From positions 496,001 to 560,000 of the forward strand of contig NC_092671.1 of the NCBI RefSeq assembly GCF_964355755.1: a stretch of 64,000 bases of DNA, given 5' to 3'. Below the pieces are notes generated by a model, which saw only the letters and a program-made list of their open reading frames with translations, searched no databases and was not told the DNA's origin. This stretch comes from Antedon mediterranea. Lineage: Eukaryota > Animalia > Echinodermata. Both the position numbers and the translations under genes were made by a program. Of this stretch, positions 40,001-52,000 are shown piece after piece; position 1 is the stretch's first letter; each line of letters opens with the position of its first letter.

Positions 40001-43000
40001 TCTCCAAACTTATTTTGGCCTCCTTATGCACCCTTTTTATTAAAAACTAGTGTAACTTTGTTTTTTCAATGTCATGTGTGTGCAGAGAAACAATAAAAAC
40101 AAACAAACAAATATTTTGTTGAGGGTCCATACAATCAACTCAGACTGTGTGGATCACCTTCTTGAAACATGGTGAAATAAACTAATTATTATTGATAAGA
40201 ACTGTCAGGGCTGCTGCAAAGTCAGTAGAATTTAAGATTTGAGAATTTAGTAATTAAAATGTAGCTTTGGCAAAGTCAACAATACATTGTGGATACACTG
40301 AAATCACATATGTAAAGCACAATGTAAAAGCTCTATCTACACTCTCAAATTTTATTTGACAAAAAATAATAATGGACATGATGATGTCATATCACTACCA
40401 TATTTGGGCATATCACTACCATATTTAGGCACATCACACTTTTTTGTCAAACTAGTTTGATAGTGGAGACGGAGCTTAAGATAAGTGTATGGTTTTGTTG
40501 ATTACCTGCAGGAGATGGTACATATTTCATATAATTTGGTCGTACAGTTTTCCTTCTTGGGCCTGGCTTCCATTCAGCAGCCGCCATTGGCTGGGTGTAG
40601 ATCTTCTGCATAGCAATAGCCTGCCTCATAGCAAGCACTTCTGGATCCCATGTGTGAATCACACGTCTCTGACCTCCTAATTCCTTTAAGATCTTTTTAC
40701 GGAAGTAGCTGCGCCATGCTAACTGGATGGTGCAGGCAGCAACCTGTCTTTCCCAAGTGTCTTCCTCTCGGCCTAGTTTTCTTCGTTCTACTGCTTCCTC
40801 AATGGCTACAATTAAGCGTTTATTACCCTGAACATGTCTGAAACAAGGGAGCAACAAATTTCAGTTTAAATATACAAATTTTGATTATACTACTTTTTAA
40901 TACAACTAACTCTTTTATACTAATAATTGAGTCCAAAATATTACTGATTAAGTATCTTTTACCTTGAATTCACTTCTTTCCATTATTTATATATACTGTA
41001 TGTTTTGTAGATAAAGTAGTTACCTTTTTTTTTTAAATGTGTGTGTACTAATGTAAATTACTTAGTTAGTTGTCTTTGATATAATATTGTTATTGTTCTC
41101 TACTGAACCACTTTGGAAAGTGTCAGGCAGAACAAATAATAAATGAATCATACCTTCTCCAAACTCTTTGTATTGTTTGTGCTGCAGCATTTCGTTTCCT
41201 CCAGTACATTAAACGTTTCCGTTCCTTATTCACAACTGCTTTATCAACTACGCTCTCTTCTTTGGTATTTTGTTCTTGTTTCACTACATTTCTTTCATGT
41301 TTTACTGTTGAATTTACTAAAACATTACTGTTGCAATTGTTAACATTAGTATTGACAAGAGGGCCACTAATAGACGAGGTGAGTGAATCAGTCTGATTGG
41401 TCGATATGGAAGGCGAAGAGGGTGGTAGAGGTTCATCAATACTAACGGATGAATTGCAGATATCTTGTGAATTTGTCAGTTGCCCGTTTTCATTAATTGT
41501 TTGTTCATCAGTTTCCATGTATACAGAGTTTACTGATCTAGCTTTACTTGGATCATTTTCTTTATTGTTATCAGTTACTTTTAAATTAAAACAATCATCT
41601 TTGGATAAATCTGTATTTTTCTTTGCCCAATCTTCAATTTTTCTAGACTCTTCTTCCTTTTTTCTGTAAAATGCAATAAACAATTTTTTTTTTTTAATAC
41701 TTTAATATCATTTTTAAATCTAAAGTTCTTAAATCTATTTAATGTTACAATTTTTTGTATACTTAATATTGTATATTTCTCTGTTTTTATGTATATATTT
41801 ATATTTAAATAATGTTAAGGCATCCTATAATTGCAGATTGCTGTTGAATATGGTTGAAATAAAATAAATTGTAACAATGAATTAGTATCTGCTAAATTCA
41901 TTCAAACAGCTTCTCAAATCAGTGACTTACTTTGCTGCATCTCTCCTTAGTTGCTCATGTTTCATTAGTAAGGACTTTTGCTGTAAAAATGTTTTTCTAA
42001 CACAATATCCACGGAAGTAAGCCTGAGGAATGAGATGAATAATTCATTAGCAATGACATCCTTGATTTTATCTATTGTTTAGATTCTACATTAGGATTTT
42101 TTAAGAAACTTCAGTAAAATCACATCAAAGACAATTATACAATAGGGAAACAAAAACATCTACATGTGCTTACAAACCAGTAAGTTGGTTTGACAGTATA
42201 ACATAATAGGAAAATAACTTGTATAGGAGGAGTAACTATTCTAATTCCACTTATAGAATCATATGCTTAAAGCCCTGTCTACACTATCAAACACAAAAAA
42301 TGTGATGTGGTAGTGATATGACATCATCATGTCCATATACTGTATGGACACATCACATTTTGTTGCCACATAAAGTTTAATAGAGTAGACAGAGCTTTAT
42401 ACAAACAATAAAAGCTTCATAAATTACCTGTATCTTAATAGAAGCAATATCCCTAATTCCAGTTATTGACAAAGCGTCTTGTTCAATCATGTATTGCGCA
42501 ACATCATGGAAGTCATTCAGGAGGGCATGGTCCAACGGAGTAAAGCGGTCTTCGTTGAATTCCATATGGTTAGGAAAAGCACCATTTTCAATAAGTAATT
42601 TAACAGCATCTAGACTTCCTGAGCTGCACGCCCAATGTAATGCTGTCATCCCCTGAAAACAAATGCAAAACTACTACTTTAGATCAATTGGCTACCAAGA
42701 GTATTTAACTGATCCTAGTCCGACAGTAAGAAGTAAATGAACTAGGGCTCAGACAATTTATGATACTACTGTGCATGTTTGTTTTTGTGTTTTCATTGGA
42801 TTCTTTTTTTTTTCTTTTGGAACAATAAATTTCTTGACAAAATTAATAAAATAATGTTGGAGTATGTTTTAAAAGTTCTTATATAAATTAATGAACTATA
42901 TTTGAAAACAAACCTCATGATCTTTCAAATCTGGGTCAGCTCCCTTCTCCATCAACAGTGACATACAGTTAATGAAACCACCATAGGCAGCACACTGCAG

Positions 43001-46000
43001 CGGAGTTCTACCAGCAAACTCAGGGAAATCTGGTGATATGTCATGTCTCATAAGTAGGTCACATATACACGCATGTCCACCAAGTGCGGCCCTGTGGTAA
43101 AGGTCAAGGGTTAATGGTCAAAATGTGAATTATTCTAATTATTAAAGCATTTAGGAAAATAAAAAAAGGAAAATATGGACAACCAAATTTGCAGATCTTT
43201 GAATTTTAGTACTTTACAACAATAATGGTGTTCCTTACCAGTGTAATGGAGAACGTCCATCGAGGTCAACAACCTCCACATTTGCACCACCTATAAAAAG
43301 TTAAAAAATATTATTAATTAGAATTAACATTAGCAACTCAAAAATGCCTAGAGACAAAGTGAATTCGAGAACTAGAACAAAAATATATATTGAGATAGGT
43401 ATGGAGATTTTTTTTTGTGGGAAAAATGTTGTCTACTTACCAAGTATGAGTGTTTTAACGACTTCTAAATGACCAAGCTCTGCTGCTCTAAATAAAGGTG
43501 TATGTTTTAATAGATCCTCTGCATCCACCTTAGCATTATACTGGAAAATAACACCAATACTTTTTATTTTTGTAAGGTCTTATCTATATAACCTTTATAA
43601 AGATAAGAAATTTAGGCTTAGATTGAATTCTAAAATAAAACAAACTCACATCTAGTAAAATCTGAATAGAACTTGCATGACCAGACATGGCAGCAGCGTG
43701 CAGGGCTGTATATAAAATAATATTATTGACTTATTAGAAAAATACTAAATTACACATTTTTAAGAATGGCGAGAGAGTGAGAGATCCAAAAATAACTGGA
43801 CACCAATAGCAGAATGTGTTGTCCAACAGTAGCTAAAGCTCTGTCTACACTCTCAAACTTTATGTGACAAAAATACTTGATGTGCTCATATATGGACAAA
43901 ATGACATTACCTGTAGCACCATTTTTATCTGTAGCATGTATAGCATTATCAGGACCACATTCCACAATGGTTTTGATGACATCATCAGCGCCTTTACCTG
44001 CAGCCCACATGATTGCTGTTCTACCCTCTAAGTCAGGGTCATCATTTGCACTGTCATGTTCAAGAAATGCTTTTACCGTTTCCTGAAAATAAATTCAATT
44101 GTAGTGTGAACATTAATAAACAGTCAAATCATTGTATGTCATAAAATATAATAGTATAAACTTCCATTCTTCAGTCCCCTTGCATTGGATGTTTACTCAT
44201 GAACTATAAGCATTTGACGCTGCTGAGTATACATACAGTAGAATCTCTATAAAGAGGACATATTTAGGACCCAAAAAGTATCATTAAAAGAGGTGTCTGA
44301 ATGAAAGAAAGGTTCTAGAGTAGTAGGTTGAATAACAGTTGGCACATATTCCCTGAAATGCCAAGTATGTACTTTATCTTTATTATTATTATCATACTTA
44401 CTGCAAAGTTATTTTGAGCAGCATAATGAAGAGGCGTAGCACCATTGGCATCAGAGCTTGTAGAGGGCGCTTTATGATCTAAAAGCATCGTAACAATCTT
44501 TGTATGTCCTAAAACAGCAGCCCAATGTAATGGTGTTCTGAACATATTATCAAGAGCTGATACATTGCTAGATTCAACATCAATCTATAGGGTAAAATTA
44601 ATATATTTTCAGCACAGGACTATACAAAATTAGCATACCTTTTCAAGTATAACATCTTTGATTGGAGCAAGTAAAGAGACTTACTACATAACCCATGTTT
44701 TGTCATATACCAACATGCATTGTTTTGATTAAAAATTACTGTACTCTAAATGTGTACTCTTAATTTCTTTTGATTTGACTCTTACCAGGATTTGAACAAT
44801 GGTCTCACTGCCATCAGCCACTGCCAGGTGCAAGGCAGTTCTACCTTCATAATCTTGCCAGTTTATCACACTAGCTTCTCTTTCCTATCAAGATACAAAT
44901 TTTAGAATTACCATTTGATAAACAATAAACTAGAATTAGTATTATATTAATGCTGTGGTTATATATAAATGCAACAACATCAAGGTAGAATAGTTTTATC
45001 ATCTACTTACATTACAATGCTAACGACATTAAGTAAAAGGAAATGATCATAAATTACCAGTAGAAGTCTGACGGAGTTAACAGCACTTTGGTCATTATCA
45101 GCCTTGGCAGCCCAGTGAAGGGGTGTTTTACCTTCAATATCTGGTATACCTATATTAGAATTCTAAACAAAAATAATATTAATACATCATTATTAATAAT
45201 ACCATTATAATTAGAGGGCGTGTGGCGCAGGGTGTTGGACTACTGATCGTGAGACAGAGGTTCGAATCCAACTCTCGCCGCATTGCTTGTATCCTTAGGA
45301 AAGATACTTTAATTACGTTTGCCTCTCTCCACCCAGGTGTATAAATAGGTACCCGGTTACATCAAGACACAACTTTGCGCTGATTACTAGCTGCATTATG
45401 GGAGTATGCTTCCATACGTGTTTGATCCAAAAAATGACTGGAGTAATAATGTTCAGCGCTTAGAGAAGCTTGCTTGTAGAGCGCTATATAAGAATGAACT
45501 ATTATTATTATATTTTAACAGAGCAAAGAAGAGACAACATCACATATTTTACTGTACATATAAAGTTGCATTACATTTTAAAGATATCATCAAAATCTTA
45601 AGATTTAAATTGAAGTTCTACATACTACTTACATATTTGATGAGCATTTTAATAGCTTCTTCATTTCCATACGATGCACTCCAGTGCAATGCTGTTCTCT
45701 GAGAAGAATAATATTTTGATTTATATATAGGAAGTAGTCAGTTCACTATTTACTGTATATAAAAAAACTATAAAACACAATATGACTTTTTCACAAGGAT
45801 ACCAAACTCTCTGAATCTAAAGGTTCCATATGGCCAAATAGTTTTCTATTACAAAATGTATTCGGAAATTTTGGGCAAGCCCAGTGGTGCTTAGTTTGGG
45901 CAATTTTGGACCAGTACATGGTTTTTTATTCAGATTCTGATTGAGTATATACTTATTTCTTACATTAGCCTTGTCCTGTAAGTCCACATCTCCTGCCTCT

Positions 46001-49000
46001 AGAAACTTCATTAAGTAGCCAAGACATTTTGTGTTCTTGTGTTTAGTAATAAGATGTAATGCTGCCTGGCCCTCGTTATCTTGTTCTCGCCAGCTACAAC
46101 CTCTTGATAACAACAACTTTAGGAACCGAAAATTACCCTGGAATATAGAAATACAGTAATTTGAATGCAAAATGATCAATTCAGGTGTATATTCAGTAAG
46201 TAGAAATAAACAAGAGTTTGTACACGCACAGAAAAACTGCAATATATTTTAATGATGCCGATAAATAACTTTGGTCTAAAACTATTTATCCTTGTGGTAT
46301 TTATAATTGGGGGCAGAGAGGAGGGTCATCATGGCAATGAGAAAAGCTTTTTAGCGATGTGAATTGTCACCCACTCTATTTACCTTATGAGCTGCCCAGT
46401 GCAGGGCAGTGCGGCCTCCATGGTCTTTGCAGTCCACCTTTGCACCATTTTTAATAAGAATCTCTGCACAGTCTGACCGGTCAGATATAACACAGAACAT
46501 CAACGGTGTGCGACCAAACTGGTCACCTTGATCGATGTGTTCAGCTGACTCTGTAAACAATTTAAATTTTATTAATTTTTTACTGGTTTGAAACTATTCA
46601 TTAAGTCAGTAAAAAAAGCACCAACTAATGTACAGTAAAACTACAACATATGTATTATTCAATTACTGTGGCTAATAATAAAATAGTACTCCTACATTTG
46701 GTAATGTTATGAATAATATATGGTGAGTAATTTTTACAATTGAGTTGAAGGGTTAAACCTTTCCTGGTGATAAGAGTGGTACAGTACAGCAGTCCTCTTC
46801 CATTGTTTTATTTTGTATGTAATGTTTGTTAAAAGCAATAAAGACCTCCTGTACTTTTACATTCATATTTAATATATGAATAATACTGTACACTAATGTA
46901 TGTACACAGTACACTGTTATGAAATCATGAGCTCTTTACAATTGAAAGTAAATACCACAACTAAAGGTCTAAAGACTTTAATGAAAAGAGCTTAATCCTT
47001 GAACTTGTACAAGAAATTTAACAATACTCAGCAACTTGATACTGAACAAGATTGATCTGAACTGACACAAAAACCTTATTATTTATCAAAAAATATATCA
47101 ATGAATATATTATTACAGTTTATTATCAGGGATACAAATTGCTACGCATTGCACTCAATTCAAAAACTTATGACCAAGAACAAAAATAATGGTAATTTTT
47201 TTTTTCAACTGTAAACTTACAGTATACAATCTAGGATTCACGAAGGGATATTTCAATATTATGTACTCCTCTTTATTCAATCAATTCTAGGGAAAATTGT
47301 TTATAAACATGGATATTTGCTAGATCCCCATTCTCCCTATACCTACTGTAATCATCACTATGCATTGTTCAGCAGGTTTTTTAAATAACAGTATTGAATA
47401 GTGTATTGAAAGTTATAAGAGCAGAAAGCAAAACAATTTCTATTCATCAATACTGAAAGGGATAGATATCATTTTGTATGCCTATTGACCACAAAGTATT
47501 GTAAAGGTTTGTTTAAAGCACTGGCATATTGTGTGCGATAAATTGATTTAATAGGATAGTTTGTTGCTATCAATTGTTTTGTACAATAGAAAGAAAAATG
47601 AGATTTTCAGTACAATTGACTGAAAATTGAGCAGGTTGAATTTCCAAAAAGTGTCTAGTATCCAAAAAAAACTTTCTTTTATAGCATTACTGTATATGAA
47701 AATAATTTTGTTTCGATTAAATTGGTTAAAAAACGGTGTACAGTATGTATTGATAAATCTCTTACTTAATAATTATACAGTAAAAACATAAAATACATAA
47801 TAATGTTTATCAAATCTGTTTCGCAGAACATATGAAATAAAGAGATAAGGTACAGTACATGTCCAAGATGGTTATTTCTATAAATGTCTTTGCATTGTGT
47901 TCGCCTATCTGAGAATTAAGATAACTTACCTGCTAATAACTTTTGAAGAAGTTGTTTATCTCCAAGCAATGATGCAGCATGGATTTGTGTTGTTGGGACG
48001 GCATGAATGGATGAGGATGAACCTCTGGTTTCACTATTCTTATCAGTCACATCTTCAGTGTCATGTGATTCTTCTACTAAAGCACAATCATCAATTGTTG
48101 GCTGGTCACGCCTCGACTGAAAGGAGAATTTTGTAGAATTTTCATTAATAATTAACTAAGTAAAAATTAAATCTTAATCGATCACACATATTGAAAAACC
48201 CAACACAGTCTATAAGAATGAGGAAGTAACTAACTCTAAGTTCAAAAACTGTGTCTGAAAATACATGGCCTAATAAAAACCAAAATAGACTAGGAAAGAA
48301 TCCAGTGTGAGTGAATGAATTAAATTACTACAGTATTACACTATAAGCCTATAAGCAGTCAGGTATAAAAATAATATCTCCCTGCAATAAGTAACAGTGA
48401 TTTAGAAGAATATCAAAGGACTAATTACATTCATTCATTCAAAATGTGTTGAATAAATAATCAGTAATAACATCAGGAAGTTGTTAACAAGTCCATGATA
48501 ATACTTACTCTACAACAACGAAAACACCAGACAAGCATTTGTGATTGTAAGCATAGTAAACATAGTTCTACAATAAGAAAAGCAGCAGCTGACAGAAGCC
48601 AACGACTCGCACCAAATGAATACTATTACCACTAACACCAGGGATTGATGACTAATCATGCAAGATTGGTGCTCTACACATCTAAGCCATACTTGTTTAT
48701 TATGCTTCAATGAATCAGTCATTGTGCTCTAAAGCTGCTGGTTTATGTGATCAAAAGATTAAAGGGAACAAAAGAGGAACACCAGTTGCTGTTTAGATTT
48801 TTGAATGAAAATCCCTTGAATCATACAGTTTCTTTGAATATAAATTATTTATCAATTATAAACAGAACTGAGAATAATCTTCAGGTTTTGTGTTCTAAAT
48901 TTACTTTGATTATTCTTTTCTTTACCAAATTCATTACATAATATTGAAAGATGAAACATGAAAAAAAAAACATGTTACTGTATTAAATTTACTGAGAAGG

Positions 49001-52000
49001 AATATTCCCTTAAAAAAGGTAAATAAATAAGAAAAAATGTAAATAAGAAGGAAAAAAGGTAAATAAGAAGGAAAAAAGGATAAATAAGAAGGAAAAAAGG
49101 ATAAATAAGAAGAAAAAAGGTAAATAAGAAGGAAAAAGGGATAAATAAGAAGAAAAAAGGTAAATAAGAAGGAAAAAAGGTAAATAAGAAGGAAAAAAAG
49201 ATAAATAAGAAGGAAAAAAGGATAAATAAGAAGGAAAAAAGGATAAATAAGAAGGAAAAAAGGGTAAATAAGAAGGAAAAAAGGTAAATAAGAAGGAAAA
49301 AAGGATAAATAAGAAGGAAAAAAGGATAAATAAGAAGGAAAAAAGGGTAAATAAGAAGGAAAAAAGGATAAATAAGAAGGAAAAAAGGTAAATAAGGAAA
49401 AAAGGTAAATAAGAAGGAAAAAAGGTAAATAAGAAGGAAAAAAGGATAAATAAGAAGGAAAAAAGGGTAAATAAGAAGGAAAAAAGGATAAATAAGAAGG
49501 AAAAAAGGTAAATAAGAAGGAAAAAGGGTAAATAAGAAGGAAAAAAGGATAAATAAGAAGGAAAAAAGGGTAAATAAGAAGGAAAAAAGGATAAATAAGA
49601 AGGAAAAAAGGATAAATAAGAAGGAAAAAAGGATAAATAAGGAAAAAAGGATAAATAAGAAGGAAAAAAGGGTAAATAAGAAGGAAAAAAGGATAAATAA
49701 GAAGGAAAAAGGGTAAATAAGAAGGAAAAAATGTAAATAAGAAGGAAAAAATGTAAATAAGAAGGAAAAAAGGTAAATAAGAAGGAAAAAAGGGTAAATA
49801 AGAAGGAAAAAAGGGTAAATAAGAAGGAAAAAAGTATAAATAGGAAGGAAAAAAGGATAAATAAGGAAAAAAGGATAAATAAGGAGAAAAAAAGGTAAAT
49901 AAGGAGAAAAAAAGGTAAATAAGGAAAAAAGGTAAATAAGAAGAAAAAAAGGGTAAATAAGAAGAATGTAAATAAGAAGGAAAAAATGTAAATAAGAAGG
50001 AAAAAAGGTAAAATAAGGAAAAAAAGGTAAATAAGAAGGAAAAAAGGGTAAATAAGAAGGAAAAAAGGGTAAATAAGAAGGAAAAAAGGATAAATAAGGA
50101 AAAAAGGATAAATAAGGAGAAAAAAAGGTAAATAAGAAGGAAAAAAGGGTAAATAAGAAAAAAAGGATAAATAAGAAGAATGTAAATAAGAAGGAAAAAA
50201 GGTAAATAAGGAAAAAAGGTAAAATAAGAAAAAAAGGTAAATAAGAAGGAAAAAAGGGTAAATAAGAAGGAAAAAAGGGTAAATAAGAAGAATGTAAATA
50301 AGAAGGAAAAAAGGTAAAATAAGGAAAAAAGGTAAAATAAGGAAAAAAGGTAAATAAGAAGGAAAAAAGGTAAAATAAGGAAAAAAGGTAAATAAGAAGG
50401 AAAAAAGGATAAATAAGAAGAATGTAAATAAGAAGGAAAAAAGGTAAATAAGGAAAAAAGGTAAATAAGAAGGAAAAAAGGATAAATAAGAAGGAAAAAA
50501 GGTAAAATAAGGAAAAAAGGTAAATAAGAAGGAAAAAAGGATAAATAAGAAGAATGTAAATAAGAAGGAAAAAAGGTAAAATAAGGAAAAAAGGTAAATA
50601 AGAAGGAAAAAAGGATAAATAAGAAGGAAAAAAGGTAAAATAAGGAAAAAAGGTAAATAAGAAGGAAAAAAGGATAAATAAGAAGAATGTAAATAAGAAG
50701 GAAAAAAGGTAAATAAGGAAAAAAGGTAAAATAAGGAAAAAAGGTAAATAAGAAGGAAAAAAGGGTAAATAAGAAGGAAAAAAGGGTAAATAAGAAGAAT
50801 GTAAATAAGAAGGAAAAAAGGTAAATAAGGAAAAAAGGTAAAATAAGGAAAAAAGGTAAATAAGAAAAAAAGGGTAAATAAGAAGGAAAAAAGGGTAAAT
50901 AAGAAGAATGTAAATAAGAAGGAAAAAAGGTAAAATAAGGAAAAAAGGTAAATAAGAAGGAAAAAAGGATAAATAAGAAGGAAAAAAGGTAAAATAAGGA
51001 AAGAAGGTAAATAAGAAAAAAAGGTAAATAAGAAAGATGATACACAGATTTATGTGTCAGTAAATCCAGTGCAAAGGGATGTTGCTGCAGCAATCAGTAA
51101 GATGGAAGCCTGTATAGAAGATGTTCGCAATTGGATGACAACAAATTACCTAAAGTTGAATGATGGAAAGACAGAGTTTATTATCGTCGGGTCTAAATGT
51201 AACATCTCCAAAATCAACATCACACATATCAGAATCGGAAACTCTAACATCGCTCCCTCATCGGTGGTCCGGAATCTGGGAATCATGCTGGATAGTAATC
51301 TCACTATGGAAGCACAAATAACAACTGTATCCAAAGCAGCATGCATATCGATTAGGAACCTTGGTCGTATTCGCGGTAATCTTAACAAGAAAACAGCTGA
51401 ATTGATTGTACACTCATTTGTCACTTCTAAAATTGACATTGGTAATGCCTTGTTGTTTGGCATACCAAAATCTCAAATACAACGTTTGCAGCGCTTGCAA
51501 AATATGGCAGCTAGAATTGTAACTTATACAAAATCAAACGCTCACATAACTCCTGTCCTGATGGATTTGCATTGGTTGCCTGTTCAACAACGTATTAAGT
51601 ACAAACTTGCGTTGTTTGTATTCAAGATCCTAAATGACAGTGCTCCTGCTTATTTATCTGACCTTGTGGATCGTTACGAATCATCCCGCAGAGGCCTACG
51701 ATCATTGTCACAAAACCTTCTTCAAGAGCGTAGAGCGAAAAATCAGTGGGGTCAGAGATCTTTTTACGTTGCGGCCGCAAGTGTATGGAACAGCTTACCA
51801 GCAACAGTTAAATGCTCAACTAGTCTAAACAGTTTCAAGACCAACCTAAAGACGTCGCTATTCGCTGATGTTCTCGCACGTTGTTAATGCACAAAGCGCC
51901 ATGAGCGCCACATGGGTGGAGGATACCGGCGCTATATAAGTTTTCATTTATTATTATTATTATTATTATTAAATAAGAAGGAAAAAAGGGTAAATAAGAA

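Noticed and set aside
45215-45290. Possible tRNA genes here and at 1320-1393
   Set aside because: Only A/B boxes are recognisable, the cloverleaf is broken, and both run into SINE bodies.
48934-51093. 719-aa F/L/Y/P-rich ORF, and the 144-aa ORF at 51944-52378
   Set aside because: Translation of the pyrimidine strand of a simple satellite; no domain or splice support.
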